From Spirochaetia bacterium (lineage in GTDB: Bacteria > Spirochaetota > Spirochaetia > SZUA-6 > Bin103), in assembly GCA_965203515.1 (NCBI GenBank), contig OZ241907.1:3008001-3072000 (forward strand): DNA of 64,000 nt, read 5' to 3'. The notes under the pieces were generated by a model that was not told where the DNA came from, did not search any database, and saw only the letters and a list, made by a program, of their open reading frames with translations. Shown here in pieces: positions 27,557 through 36,393 of this stretch; within the stretch, counting starts at the first letter, position 1, and every line of letters begins with the position of its first letter. The position numbers were made by a program, and so were the translations under genes.

Positions 27557-29767
27557 ATGAAGATCATGGGTAAGTCAAGCATCGCATCGCTGCTATCGCT
27601 GTTGATGGCCGCCGGCATCGTCCTGCTGGCGTGCGAGCAGGCGGCCCGGCCGGCGGCAACGACCGGCGCGGGCGCCGGGAACGGCGGCGGCAACGGCGGC
27701 GACGGGTCACCGACCGCGCCGGCACCGGCTCCGCAGCAGGCCGAGCAGAGCTGGTCGATCGGCGAGGATGCCTTCGATGACGAGGCGAACCTGGGCGCCA
27801 CCACGGTCCGCTCCGCGCCGTTTGCGTGGGAGGGGATCACCGGCGCCGAGGGCGAGAAGGTGACCGTGTCGATCGGCGGCCACGAGCTGCCGTTCACGAG
27901 CAAGGCGACCGCGCCGGTCTTCGAGGACGACATCAGCGGCGCGGAGTGGTCGGTTGCCGCCGAAGTGAGCGCGGGCTCGATCGTGCTCGTGCTCACCGCC
28001 CCGGATCAGTCGGGAGACACCGACTTCGTCGAGTCGGTCAGGATTACGAACCCGGGCAGCGGCTACACCTCGCCCCCTACCATCTCATTCTCGGCAGCGC
28101 CGTCCGGCGGTACCACGGCCACCGGCGACGCCGTGGCAAGCGGGCGCGTCGATTCCGTGTCGGTTTCGACCCCCGGCAGCGGCTACTCCTCGATCCCGAC
28201 CGTGACCTTTTCGGCGGCGCCGGCCGGCGGCACCACGGCTGCCGCCACCGCAGACGCCAGCGGGAGCGTCGCTTCGGTGGACGTCACCACCCCCGGCAGC
28301 GGCTACTCCTCGGCCCCCAGCGTGGCCTTCTCGGCAGCTCCGGCCGGCGGCACCACGGCTACCGCCACCTCGGTGCGCAGCGGGAGCGTCGCTTCGGTAT
28401 CGGTCACCACCCCCGGCAGCGGCTACTCCTCGGCTCCCACCGTGACCTTCTCGGCGGCGCCGTCCGGCGGCACCACGGCTGCCGCCACCGCGACGAGAGA
28501 CGGGCGCGTCGATTCGGTGTCGGTCCACACCTTCGGCAGCGGCTACTCGTCTCCCCCCACCGTGTCCTTTTCGGGCGGCGGCGGCAGCGGGGCAACCGCC
28601 ACCGCGCAGGGCCCCGGGAGCGTCGCTGCGGTGTCGATGACGAACAACGGCAGCAGCTACACCTCGGTCCCCAGCGTGACCTTCTCGGCAGCGCCGTCCG
28701 GCGGCACCACGGCCACCGGCACCGCGTGGGGGCCCGACGCCGTCGCTGAGACGACGGTCACGAACGCCGGGAGCGGCTACACGTCGACCCCGACGGTGAC
28801 GTTTTCGGCGCCGCCGTCCGGCGGCACCAGGGCCACCGGCGCGGGTCAGAGGCTTGGCGACCTCACGTTCTCCCGCGTGTTGATATGGACCCGGGGACGC
28901 GGCTACACGTCGGCCCCCAGCGTTACCATTTCCGGCGGCGGCGGCAGCGGGGCAACCGTCACTGCGACGCTGTACACCAACATTCAAGGAGTCGATTTCA
29001 CGAACCGCGGGAGCGGCTACACGTCGGCGCCCACCGTCTCCTTCTCCGGCGGCGGCGGTTCCGGGGCAGCCGGCACGGCATCGCTGGAAGCCAGAGTTCA
29101 AACAGTCGACGTCACGAACGGAGGGAACGGCTATACGTCGGCCCCTACCGTCGCCTTTTCCGGCGGCGGCGGCTCCGGGGCAGGCGGCACCGCGGCGTTG
29201 GCATACGGGGTAGGGTCGTTGGTGACGATCACGAACCCGGGGAGCGGCTACACCTCCGCCCCCACCGTCTCCTTTTCGGCGCCGGCGTCCGGCACCACGG
29301 CCGCCGGCACCGCGGTCATGGCATACGGGGTAGGAGAGGTGTCGATCACGGACGGTGGGAGCGGCTATACCTCCGCCCCCACCGTCACCTTTTCGGGCGG
29401 CGGCGGCTCCGGGGCAGACGGCAGCGCGGTCATGAGCTACGCGGTAGGATCGGCGTCGGTCACGAGCGCCGGGGACGGCTATACGGCGGCGCCCACCGTC
29501 TCCTTTTCGGCCGCGCCGTCCGGCGGTACCACGGCCGCCGGCAGCGCGGTCATGGACTACCGGGTACGGTCGGTGCGGGTCACGAACCGGGGGGACGGCT
29601 ACGCGTCGGCGCCCACCGTGACCTTTTCGGCGGCGCCGTCCGGCGGCACCACCGCGACCGGCACCGCAACCCTGGCGACCGGCGGCAACGATCAGAGCCA
29701 GAACCTGTTTTGGGCGCGCCGGACGCTGTCCGGCAAGCAACTTCGGGTGCAGGTAGCGGGAGAGTGA
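27557..29767 (+). CDS. Surface lipoprotein with 14 tandem GSGY(T/S)SAPTV beta-repeats
   Basis: GGAGG SD; signal peptide with lipobox IVLLA-C; Gly/Pro/Ala linker; ~95-aa N-domain; 14 repeats of 38-42 aa; ~28-aa C-terminal tail. Confidence 0.85.
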   Translation: MKIMGKSSIASLLSLLMAAGIVLLACEQAARPAATTGAGAGNGGGNGGDGSPTAPAPAPQQAEQSWSIGEDAFDDEANLGATTVRSAPFAWEGITGAEGEKVTVSIGGHELPFTSKATAPVFEDDISGAEWSVAAEVSAGSIVLVLTAPDQSGDTDFVESVRITNPGSGYTSPPTISFSAAPSGGTTATGDAVASGRVDSVSVSTPGSGYSSIPTVTFSAAPAGGTTAAATADASGSVASVDVTTPGSGYSSAPSVAFSAAPAGGTTATATSVRSGSVASVSVTTPGSGYSSAPTVTFSAAPSGGTTAAATATRDGRVDSVSVHTFGSGYSSPPTVSFSGGGGSGATATAQGPGSVAAVSMTNNGSSYTSVPSVTFSAAPSGGTTATGTAWGPDAVAETTVTNAGSGYTSTPTVTFSAPPSGGTRATGAGQRLGDLTFSRVLIWTRGRGYTSAPSVTISGGGGSGATVTATLYTNIQGVDFTNRGSGYTSAPTVSFSGGGGSGAAGTASLEARVQTVDVTNGGNGYTSAPTVAFSGGGGSGAGGTAALAYGVGSLVTITNPGSGYTSAPTVSFSAPASGTTAAGTAVMAYGVGEVSITDGGSGYTSAPTVTFSGGGGSGADGSAVMSYAVGSASVTSAGDGYTAAPTVSFSAAPSGGTTAAGSAVMDYRVRSVRVTNRGDGYASAPTVTFSAAPSGGTTATGTATLATGGNDQSQNLFWARRTLSGKQLRVQVAGE
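28028..29680 (+). repeat. Coding tandem repeat array, 14 units of ~114-126 bp
   Basis: Exact 120-bp period for the first units (ggcagcggctac cores in the blocks at 28051, 28171, 28291, 28411, 28531); later units use ggg(a/g)(g/a)cggcta cores. Confidence 0.9.
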
Positions 29768-29853
29768 CGATCGCCCCTCACCCTCCCCTTTGACATTGCC
29801 GGCGCCGCCGGGCTGCCGGCCGAGGACAGGCGCGCCTGTGATAGAGTGTGCGC

Positions 29854-31695
29854 GTGTCCGCGCCCGCGCTGCCTGCTGATCCCGCGCCGTTCCCGGCGAT
29901 CCCCTACGGGCGCGGCAACTTCCGCAGCATCCGCCTCGACCGCTGCCTCTACGTAGACAAGACCCGCTTCATCCGCGCCCTGGAGCAGGAGCGCTATGCG
30001 TTCTTCATCCGCCCGCGGCGCTTCGGCAAGACCCTGTGGCTTACCATGCTCAACGCCTACTACAACCGCTCCCAGGCCAAGGACTACGACGCGGTCTTCG
30101 CCGGCACCGACATCGGCCGCCGGCCGACCGCCAACCGGAGCCGCTACGTGGTGCTCTACTTCGACTTCTCGGCCTTCAAACAGGCGCTGCCCACGTTGGA
30201 GGAGTACTTCGACGAGTACTGCAGCCGTCATCTGCGGCACGCGCTGCGCCGCAACCGCGATCTGATCGACGAGGAGACGGCGCGCGTCATCCTCGGGCAG
30301 CGGTCGTTCAGCGGCCAACTCGACGAATTGCTCCTGCATGCGAGCGACCGCGGCATCCCGCTCTACGTGCTGATCGATGAGTACGACAACTTCGCCAATA
30401 CCATCCTGGCCGAGCAGGGCGCCGAAGCCTACCACGCCTTCACCCACGGCGGCGGCTTCTACCGCAACTTCTTCGCCATGCTCAAGGCCGGCACCGCCGA
30501 GTCCGGCTGCATCGAACGCCTGTTCGTCACCGGCGTCTCCCCGGTCACCATGGACGACGTCACCAGCGGCTTCAACATCGGTGCCAACCTCAGCCTCCGC
30601 CCCGAATTCAACGAACTGCTCGGCTTCACCGAGCACGAAGTGCGGGACATGCTGCAGACCTACCGGGACCTCGGCGTCTTCGACCAGGACCCCGCCGCCG
30701 CCCTCGACACGATGCGCGAGTGGTACGACGGCTACCGCTTCGCCGCCGCCGCCCCCAACGTCGTCTACAACACCGACATGGTGCTCTACTACCTGTCGTA
30801 CTCACTGCCCAACAAGCCCGGCCCCGACAACCTGATCGACGCCAACGTGCGCATCGACTACGGCAAGCTGCGCCATCTGCTCACCGTCGGCCGCCAGCTC
30901 AACGGCAACTTCGACCTGCTGCGCGAGGTGATCGCCGAAGGGCGCGCCGACTGCGAGATCGTGGACAGCTTCCCGCTGGCGCGCCTCGCCGAGCGGGAGA
31001 ACTTCCTGTCGCTGCTCCACTACTTCGGCCTGCTGAGCATCCGCGGCGCGACCGCCGGGACGCCGCGGCTCGGCATCCCGAACCAGACGGTGCGGCGGCT
31101 GATGTACGGCTACCTGCGCGACGCCTACCGGGACGTGGGCGTGTTCTCGCTCGATCTGGTGACGTTCGACCGGCTGACGCGGCGCATGGCGCTGGAGGGA
31201 GAGTGGCGCCCGGCGCTGGAGCGGCTGAGCGCGGCGGTGGTCGAGCAGACCGGCGTGCGCGACTACCTGCAGGGCGAGAAGATGGTGCAGGGGTTCGTGG
31301 CCGCCTACCTGAGCATCTCCCCCTACTTCGTGCTGCACACCGAGCTGGAGTTGGCCAAGGGCTACGCCGACCTGGTGCTGGAACCGCGCGCGCTGCGCTA
31401 TCCGGGCCGGCGCTACGGCTACGTGATCGAGCTGAAGTACCTGCCCCGCAGCGCAACGCAGGCGCAGGTAGCGGCGCAGGCCGCCGCGGCGGAGGCGCAG
31501 GCGCGCCGCTATCTGGCTGACGGGCGGCTGGCGCGCCGGCACCCGGAGGCGGCGTTCAAGGGGCTGGCGCTGGTGTTCCGCGGCTGGGAACTGGTGCATG
31601 ACGCAGAGGTGCGCGGCGCAGAGTCGGCCCCGGCCGGCGCGGAGGTCCCGGCCGGCGCAGAGGTCCCGGCCGACGACGGTCCGGCGCGGCGGTGA
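29854..31695 (+). CDS. AAA-ATPase-like + PD-(D/E)xK nuclease-domain protein, copy 1
   Basis: YVDKT, RPRRFGKT, LIDEYD, FVTGVS, WYDGY, IPNQTV, ELELAKGYADL...VIELKY; GTG start at 29848 or 29854. Confidence 0.88.
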   Translation: MSAPALPADPAPFPAIPYGRGNFRSIRLDRCLYVDKTRFIRALEQERYAFFIRPRRFGKTLWLTMLNAYYNRSQAKDYDAVFAGTDIGRRPTANRSRYVVLYFDFSAFKQALPTLEEYFDEYCSRHLRHALRRNRDLIDEETARVILGQRSFSGQLDELLLHASDRGIPLYVLIDEYDNFANTILAEQGAEAYHAFTHGGGFYRNFFAMLKAGTAESGCIERLFVTGVSPVTMDDVTSGFNIGANLSLRPEFNELLGFTEHEVRDMLQTYRDLGVFDQDPAAALDTMREWYDGYRFAAAAPNVVYNTDMVLYYLSYSLPNKPGPDNLIDANVRIDYGKLRHLLTVGRQLNGNFDLLREVIAEGRADCEIVDSFPLARLAERENFLSLLHYFGLLSIRGATAGTPRLGIPNQTVRRLMYGYLRDAYRDVGVFSLDLVTFDRLTRRMALEGEWRPALERLSAAVVEQTGVRDYLQGEKMVQGFVAAYLSISPYFVLHTELELAKGYADLVLEPRALRYPGRRYGYVIELKYLPRSATQAQVAAQAAAAEAQARRYLADGRLARRHPEAAFKGLALVFRGWELVHDAEVRGAESAPAGAEVPAGAEVPADDGPARR

Positions 31696-31699
31696 CCGC

Positions 31700-33532
31700 A
31701 TGGCTCGTGCGTCCGCATCGGTGACCGCTCCCTCTGATCCCACGCCGTTCCCGGCGATCCCCTACGGGCTGGCCTATTTCAAGGGCATCCGCCGGGAAGG
31801 CTGCCTGTACGTCGACAAGACGCGCTTCCTGCGCGCTCTGGAACAGGAGCGGTTCGTGTTCTTCATCCGCCCGCGGCGCTTCGGCAAGACCTGCTGGCTG
31901 TCGCTGCTGGAGAGCTATTATTCCCGCACCGAGGCCGACGACTTCGCGGCGGTGTTCGGCGGCACCGACGTCGGCCGCGCTCCCACTCCCAACCGCAGCC
32001 GCTACGTGGTGCTGCGGTTCAACTTCTCCGCCTTCAACGACGCCCCGGAGACGCTGGAGCGCGAGTTCGAGGAGTACTGCACGATGCACCTGAGGGATGC
32101 GCTGGAGCGCAACCCGGACCTGTTCCCGGGGCCGGCGCTGGAGCGCATCCTGGCACCAGCGAGCGTCCACGGCCGCCTCAACGCCCTGTTCCTCCACGCC
32201 GGCCCGCGCGGCATCCCGCTCTACGTGCTGATCGACGAATACGACAACTTCGCCAACACCATCCTGGCGCATCAGGGGGCGGACGCCTATCACGCACTCA
32301 CCCACGGCGGCGGCTTCTACCGCAACTTCTTCGCCGCGCTCAAGGCCGGCACCGAGAACGGCAGCGTGGCGCGGCTGTTCGTCACCGGCGTCTCGCCGAT
32401 CGTCATGGACGACGTCACCAGCGGCTTCAACATCGGCGCCAACCTCAGCCTCCGCCCCGAATTCAACGAACTGCTCGGCTTCACCGAAGCCGAAGTGCGG
32501 CGCCTGCTTTCGACCTACCGCGACCTCGGCGTCTTCGACCAGGACCCGCACGCCGCCCTCGACACGATGCGCGAGTGGTACGACGGCTACCGCTTCGCCA
32601 AGACCGCCCCCAACGTCGTCTACAACACCGACATGGTGCTCTACTACCTCTCCTACTCGCTGCCCAACAAACCCGGTCCCGACAACCTGATCGACGCCAA
32701 CGTTCGCATCGACTACGGCAAGCTGCGCCACCTGCTCACCGTCGGCCGCCGGTTGAACGGCAACTTCGACCTGCTGCGCGAGGTGATCGCCGAAGGGCGC
32801 GCCGACTGCGAGATCGTAGACAGCTTCCCGCTGGAACGCCTCGCCGAGCGGGAGAACTTCCTGTCGCTGCTGCACTACTTCGGCCTGCTGAGCATCCGCG
32901 GCGCGACGGTCGAAACGCCGCGGCTGGGCATCCCCAACCAGACGGTGCGGCGGCTGATGTACGGCTACCTGCGCGACGCCTACCGCGACGTGGGCGTGTT
33001 CTCGCTCGACCTGGTGACGTTCGACCGGCTGACGCGGCGCATGGCGCTGCAGGGGGAGTGGCGCCCGGCACTGGAGCGGCTGAGCGCGGCGGTAGCCGAG
33101 CAGACCGGCGTGCGGGACTACCTGCAGGGCGAGAAGATGCTGCAGGGCTTCGTGGCCGCCTACCTGAGCATCTCCCCCTACTTCGTGCTGCACACCGAGC
33201 TGGAGTTGGCCAAGGGCTACGCCGACCTGGTGCTGGAACCGCGCGCGCTGCCTTATCCGGGCCGGCGCTACGGCTACGTGATCGAGCTGAAGTACCTGCC
33301 CCGCAGCGCGGCGCAGGCGCAGGTAGCGGCGCAGGCCGCCGCCGCGGAGGCGCAGGTGCGCCGCTACCTGACGGACGGGCGGCTGGCGCGCCGGCACCCG
33401 GAGGCGGCGTTCAAGGGGCTGGCGCTGGTGTTCCGCGGCTGGGAGCTGGTGCACGACTCAGAGGTGCGTGGCGCAGAGGTCCCGGCCGGCGCAGAGGTCC
33501 CGGCCGACGACGGTCCGGCGCGGCGCGGGTGA
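31700..33532 (+). CDS. AAA-ATPase-like + PD-(D/E)xK nuclease-domain protein, copy 2
   Basis: Same motifs; ATG 31700, 4 nt after the copy-1 stop; divergent N-terminal third. Confidence 0.88.
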   Translation: MARASASVTAPSDPTPFPAIPYGLAYFKGIRREGCLYVDKTRFLRALEQERFVFFIRPRRFGKTCWLSLLESYYSRTEADDFAAVFGGTDVGRAPTPNRSRYVVLRFNFSAFNDAPETLEREFEEYCTMHLRDALERNPDLFPGPALERILAPASVHGRLNALFLHAGPRGIPLYVLIDEYDNFANTILAHQGADAYHALTHGGGFYRNFFAALKAGTENGSVARLFVTGVSPIVMDDVTSGFNIGANLSLRPEFNELLGFTEAEVRRLLSTYRDLGVFDQDPHAALDTMREWYDGYRFAKTAPNVVYNTDMVLYYLSYSLPNKPGPDNLIDANVRIDYGKLRHLLTVGRRLNGNFDLLREVIAEGRADCEIVDSFPLERLAERENFLSLLHYFGLLSIRGATVETPRLGIPNQTVRRLMYGYLRDAYRDVGVFSLDLVTFDRLTRRMALQGEWRPALERLSAAVAEQTGVRDYLQGEKMLQGFVAAYLSISPYFVLHTELELAKGYADLVLEPRALPYPGRRYGYVIELKYLPRSAAQAQVAAQAAAAEAQVRRYLTDGRLARRHPEAAFKGLALVFRGWELVHDSEVRGAEVPAGAEVPADDGPARRG

Positions 33533-33536
33533 CCGC

Positions 33537-35360
33537 ATGGCTCGTGCGTCCGCATCGATGACCGCTCCCCCTGATCCCGCGCCGTTCCCGGCGATCCCCT
33601 ACGGGCGCGGCAACTTTCGCAGCATCCGCCTCGACCGCTGCCTCTACGTAGACAAGACCCGCTTCATCCGCGCCCTGGAGCAGGAACGCTATGCGTTCTT
33701 CATCCGCCCGCGGCGCTTTGGCAAGACGCTGTGGCTGACCATGCTGAACGCCTACTACAACCGCGCCCGGGCCAAGGACTATGAAGCTGTCTTCGCCGGC
33801 ACCGACATCGGCCGCCAGCCGACTGCCAACCGGAGCCGCTACGTGGTGCTCTACTTCGACTTCTCGGCGTTCAAGCAGGCGCTGCCCACGTTGGAGGAGC
33901 GCTTCGAGGGGTACTGCGCCCGCCACGTGGAGGACGCGCTGCTGCGCAATCCCGATCTGTTCGACCAGAAGAGCGCGGAGCGCATCCTCGCCGCGCCGTC
34001 GATCGACGGCAAACTCGACGCGTTGTTCCTGTATGCGGACGCCCGCGGCATCCCGCTCTACGTGCTGATCGACGAATACGACAACTTCGCCAATACCATC
34101 CTGGCCGAGCAGGGCGCCGATGCCTACCACTCCTTCACCCACGGCGGCGGCTTCTACCGCAACTTCTTCGCCATGCTCAAGGCCGGCACCGCCGAGTCCG
34201 GCTGCATCGAACGCCTGTTCGTCACCGGCGTCTCCCCGGTCACCATGGACGACGTCACCAGCGGCTTCAACATCGGCGCCAACCTCAGCCTCCGCCCCGA
34301 GTTCAACGAACTGCTCGGCTTCACCGAAGCCGAAGTGCGGCACGCGCTTTCGACCTACCGCGACCTCGGCGTCTTCGACCAGGACCCCGACGCCGCCCTC
34401 GACACGATGCGCGAGTGGTACGACGGCTACCGCTTCGCCAAGACCGCACCCAACGTCGTCTACAACACCGACATGGTGCTCTACTACCTCTCCTACTCAC
34501 TGCCCAACAAACCCGGTCCCGACAACCTGATCGACGACAACGTGCGCATCGACTACGGCAAGCTGCGCCACCTGCTCACGGTCGGGAGCCGGTTGAACGG
34601 CAACTTCGACCTGCTGCGCGAGGTGATCGCCGAGGGGCGCGCCGACTGCGAGATCGTGAGCAGCTTCCCGCTGGAACGCCTCGCCGAGCGGGAGAACTTC
34701 CTGTCGCTGTTGCACTACTTCGGCCTGTTGAGCATCCGCGGCGCGACGGCCGGGACGCCGCGGCTGGGCATTCCCAACCAGACGGTGCGGCGGCTGCTGT
34801 ACGGCTACCTGCGCGACGCCTACCGGGACGTCGGCGTGTTCTCGCTCGACCTGGTGACGTTCGACCGGCTGACGCGGCGCATGGCGCTGCAGGGGGAGTG
34901 GCGCCCGGCGCTGGAACGGCTGAGCGCGGCGATCGCGGAGCAGACCAGCGTGCGCGACTACCTGCAGGGCGAGAAGATGCTGCAGGGGTTCGTGGCCGCC
35001 TACCTGAGCATCTCCCCCTACTTCGTGCTGCATACCGAGATGGAGTTGGCCAAGGGCTACGCCGACCTGGTGCTGGAACCGCGCGCATTGCCCTATCCGG
35101 GCCTGCGCTACGGCTACGTGATCGAGCTGAAGTACCTGCCCCGCAGCGCAACGCAGGCGCAGGTAGCGGCGCAGGCCGCCGCGGCGGAGGCGCAGACGCG
35201 CCGCTATCTGGCGGACGGGCGGCTGGCGCGCCGGCACCCGGAGGCGGCGTTCAAGGGGCTGGCGCTGGTGTTCCGCGGCTGGGAGCTGGTCCACGGCGCA
35301 GAGGTGCGCGGCACAGAAGTACGCGGCGCCGAGGCGGCGGCACCGGCGAGTACGCGATGA
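33537..35360 (+). CDS. AAA-ATPase-like + PD-(D/E)xK nuclease-domain protein, copy 3
   Basis: Same motifs; ATG 33537 after an identical TGACCGCATG junction. Confidence 0.88.
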   Translation: MARASASMTAPPDPAPFPAIPYGRGNFRSIRLDRCLYVDKTRFIRALEQERYAFFIRPRRFGKTLWLTMLNAYYNRARAKDYEAVFAGTDIGRQPTANRSRYVVLYFDFSAFKQALPTLEERFEGYCARHVEDALLRNPDLFDQKSAERILAAPSIDGKLDALFLYADARGIPLYVLIDEYDNFANTILAEQGADAYHSFTHGGGFYRNFFAMLKAGTAESGCIERLFVTGVSPVTMDDVTSGFNIGANLSLRPEFNELLGFTEAEVRHALSTYRDLGVFDQDPDAALDTMREWYDGYRFAKTAPNVVYNTDMVLYYLSYSLPNKPGPDNLIDDNVRIDYGKLRHLLTVGSRLNGNFDLLREVIAEGRADCEIVSSFPLERLAERENFLSLLHYFGLLSIRGATAGTPRLGIPNQTVRRLLYGYLRDAYRDVGVFSLDLVTFDRLTRRMALQGEWRPALERLSAAIAEQTSVRDYLQGEKMLQGFVAAYLSISPYFVLHTEMELAKGYADLVLEPRALPYPGLRYGYVIELKYLPRSATQAQVAAQAAAAEAQTRRYLADGRLARRHPEAAFKGLALVFRGWELVHGAEVRGTEVRGAEAAAPASTR

Positions 35361-35373
35361 ACCGTCGTACGCG

Positions 35374-35928
35374 CTACAGCGAGGCGGAGACCACCTCGAT
35401 CTCCGGATCGATCTCGTCGCGCAGGATGCCCTGGATCGCGGTGAGCGTACCGGACTCCGACGCCGGGCAGCTGCCGCACGCGCCCTGGTAGTTGACCACC
35501 ACCCGCTTGTTCTCATAGGCCAGCACGTCAAGGTCACCGCCGTCGCCCTGCAGGTAGGGGCGCACCGTTCGATCGAGCACCTCCTCGATCGCTCTGACGT
35601 CGTCGGGAAGGTCGTCGCGGCTCCGCTCCGGCTCCTGCGGGGTGAAGTCGGGGTCGTGGGACCGGATCTCCCGCGCCGCGATCTCCTTGATGCGGTCGGC
35701 CGCGGCCGGCCAGTCGGTCGAGTCGTCCTTGCTGACGGTGATGACGTTCTCAAACAGGTGGACCTGACGGACGTAGGGCAGCTCGAACAGCCGCTCCACC
35801 ATCGGCACGCCCCGCGCCTGCTCCGGCCCTTCGAACGTGACCTTGCCGGCGCTCTTGACGTCGAGGTTGAGGATGAACTTCATCGCGTTCGGATTGGGGG
35901 TGAACTGCGTAAGGATCGCTATCGGCAC
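35374..35928 (-). CDS. NifU/Nfu-family Fe-S carrier (Nfu_N + NifU_C)
   Basis: TPNPNAMKF; VRPYLQGDGGD...YQGACGSCP. Confidence 0.9.
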   Translation of the reverse strand: MPIAILTQFTPNPNAMKFILNLDVKSAGKVTFEGPEQARGVPMVERLFELPYVRQVHLFENVITVSKDDSTDWPAAADRIKEIAAREIRSHDPDFTPQEPERSRDDLPDDVRAIEEVLDRTVRPYLQGDGGDLDVLAYENKRVVVNYQGACGSCPASESGTLTAIQGILRDEIDPEIEVVSASL

Positions 35929-35940
35929 GGCGCAGCTCCT

Positions 35941-36393
35941 TCAGCTCTCGGTGGTGACGACGCCGCCGCCGGCGAGCGCGCTGGACAGCGCGTGCCAGGA
36001 GAGGATCGCGCACTTCACCCGCGCCGGATACTCCCAGATGCCGGAGAAGACCTGCAGCTTGCCAAGCCCGGCGTGCCGGGCGGGATCGAGGCGGCCGCGC
36101 ACCAGATCGTGAAACCGCTCGAACAGATCGTTCACCTCAGCCGCGCTCATGCCGGTGACCGTCTCCGTCATCAGCGAGGCGGACGCCTTGGAGATGGCGC
36201 ATCCGGCCCCGTAGAAGCCGATGGCCGCCACCGTGCCGTCGCCGCCGATGCGCAGATCGATCGTAAAGCGGTCTCCGCACAGCGGATTGTCGCCCTCCGC
36301 GCGGTGCGTCGCATCGGCGAGCGGCCCGTAATTGCGAGGGCTGCGGTTGTGCTCAAGGATCACCTGCTGATACAGCTCAGCGCTGTCGCTCAC
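35941..36393 (-). CDS. sufU: SUF-system sulfur-transfer/scaffold protein SufU
   Basis: LYQQVILEH, NPLCGD, GCAISKASAS, PARVKCAIL.W. Confidence 0.93.
   Translation of the reverse strand: MSDSAELYQQVILEHNRSPRNYGPLADATHRAEGDNPLCGDRFTIDLRIGGDGTVAAIGFYGAGCAISKASASLMTETVTGMSAAEVNDLFERFHDLVRGRLDPARHAGLGKLQVFSGIWEYPARVKCAILSWHALSSALAGGGVVTTES

Noticed and set aside
28028..29680. Periodic repeats as a CRISPR array
   Set aside because: Units are ~120-bp degenerate in-frame coding repeats without unique spacers; no cas genes
29790..29795. Perfect TTGACA as the -35 of the AAA array promoter
   Set aside because: No -10 at 16-18 nt; the plausible -10 (29842-29847) is 46 nt away
29854..35360. Diversity-generating retroelement or invertible shufflon explaining the paralog variation
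   Set aside because: No reverse transcriptase or recombinase in the window, differences are not adenine-specific, and all copies are in direct orientation
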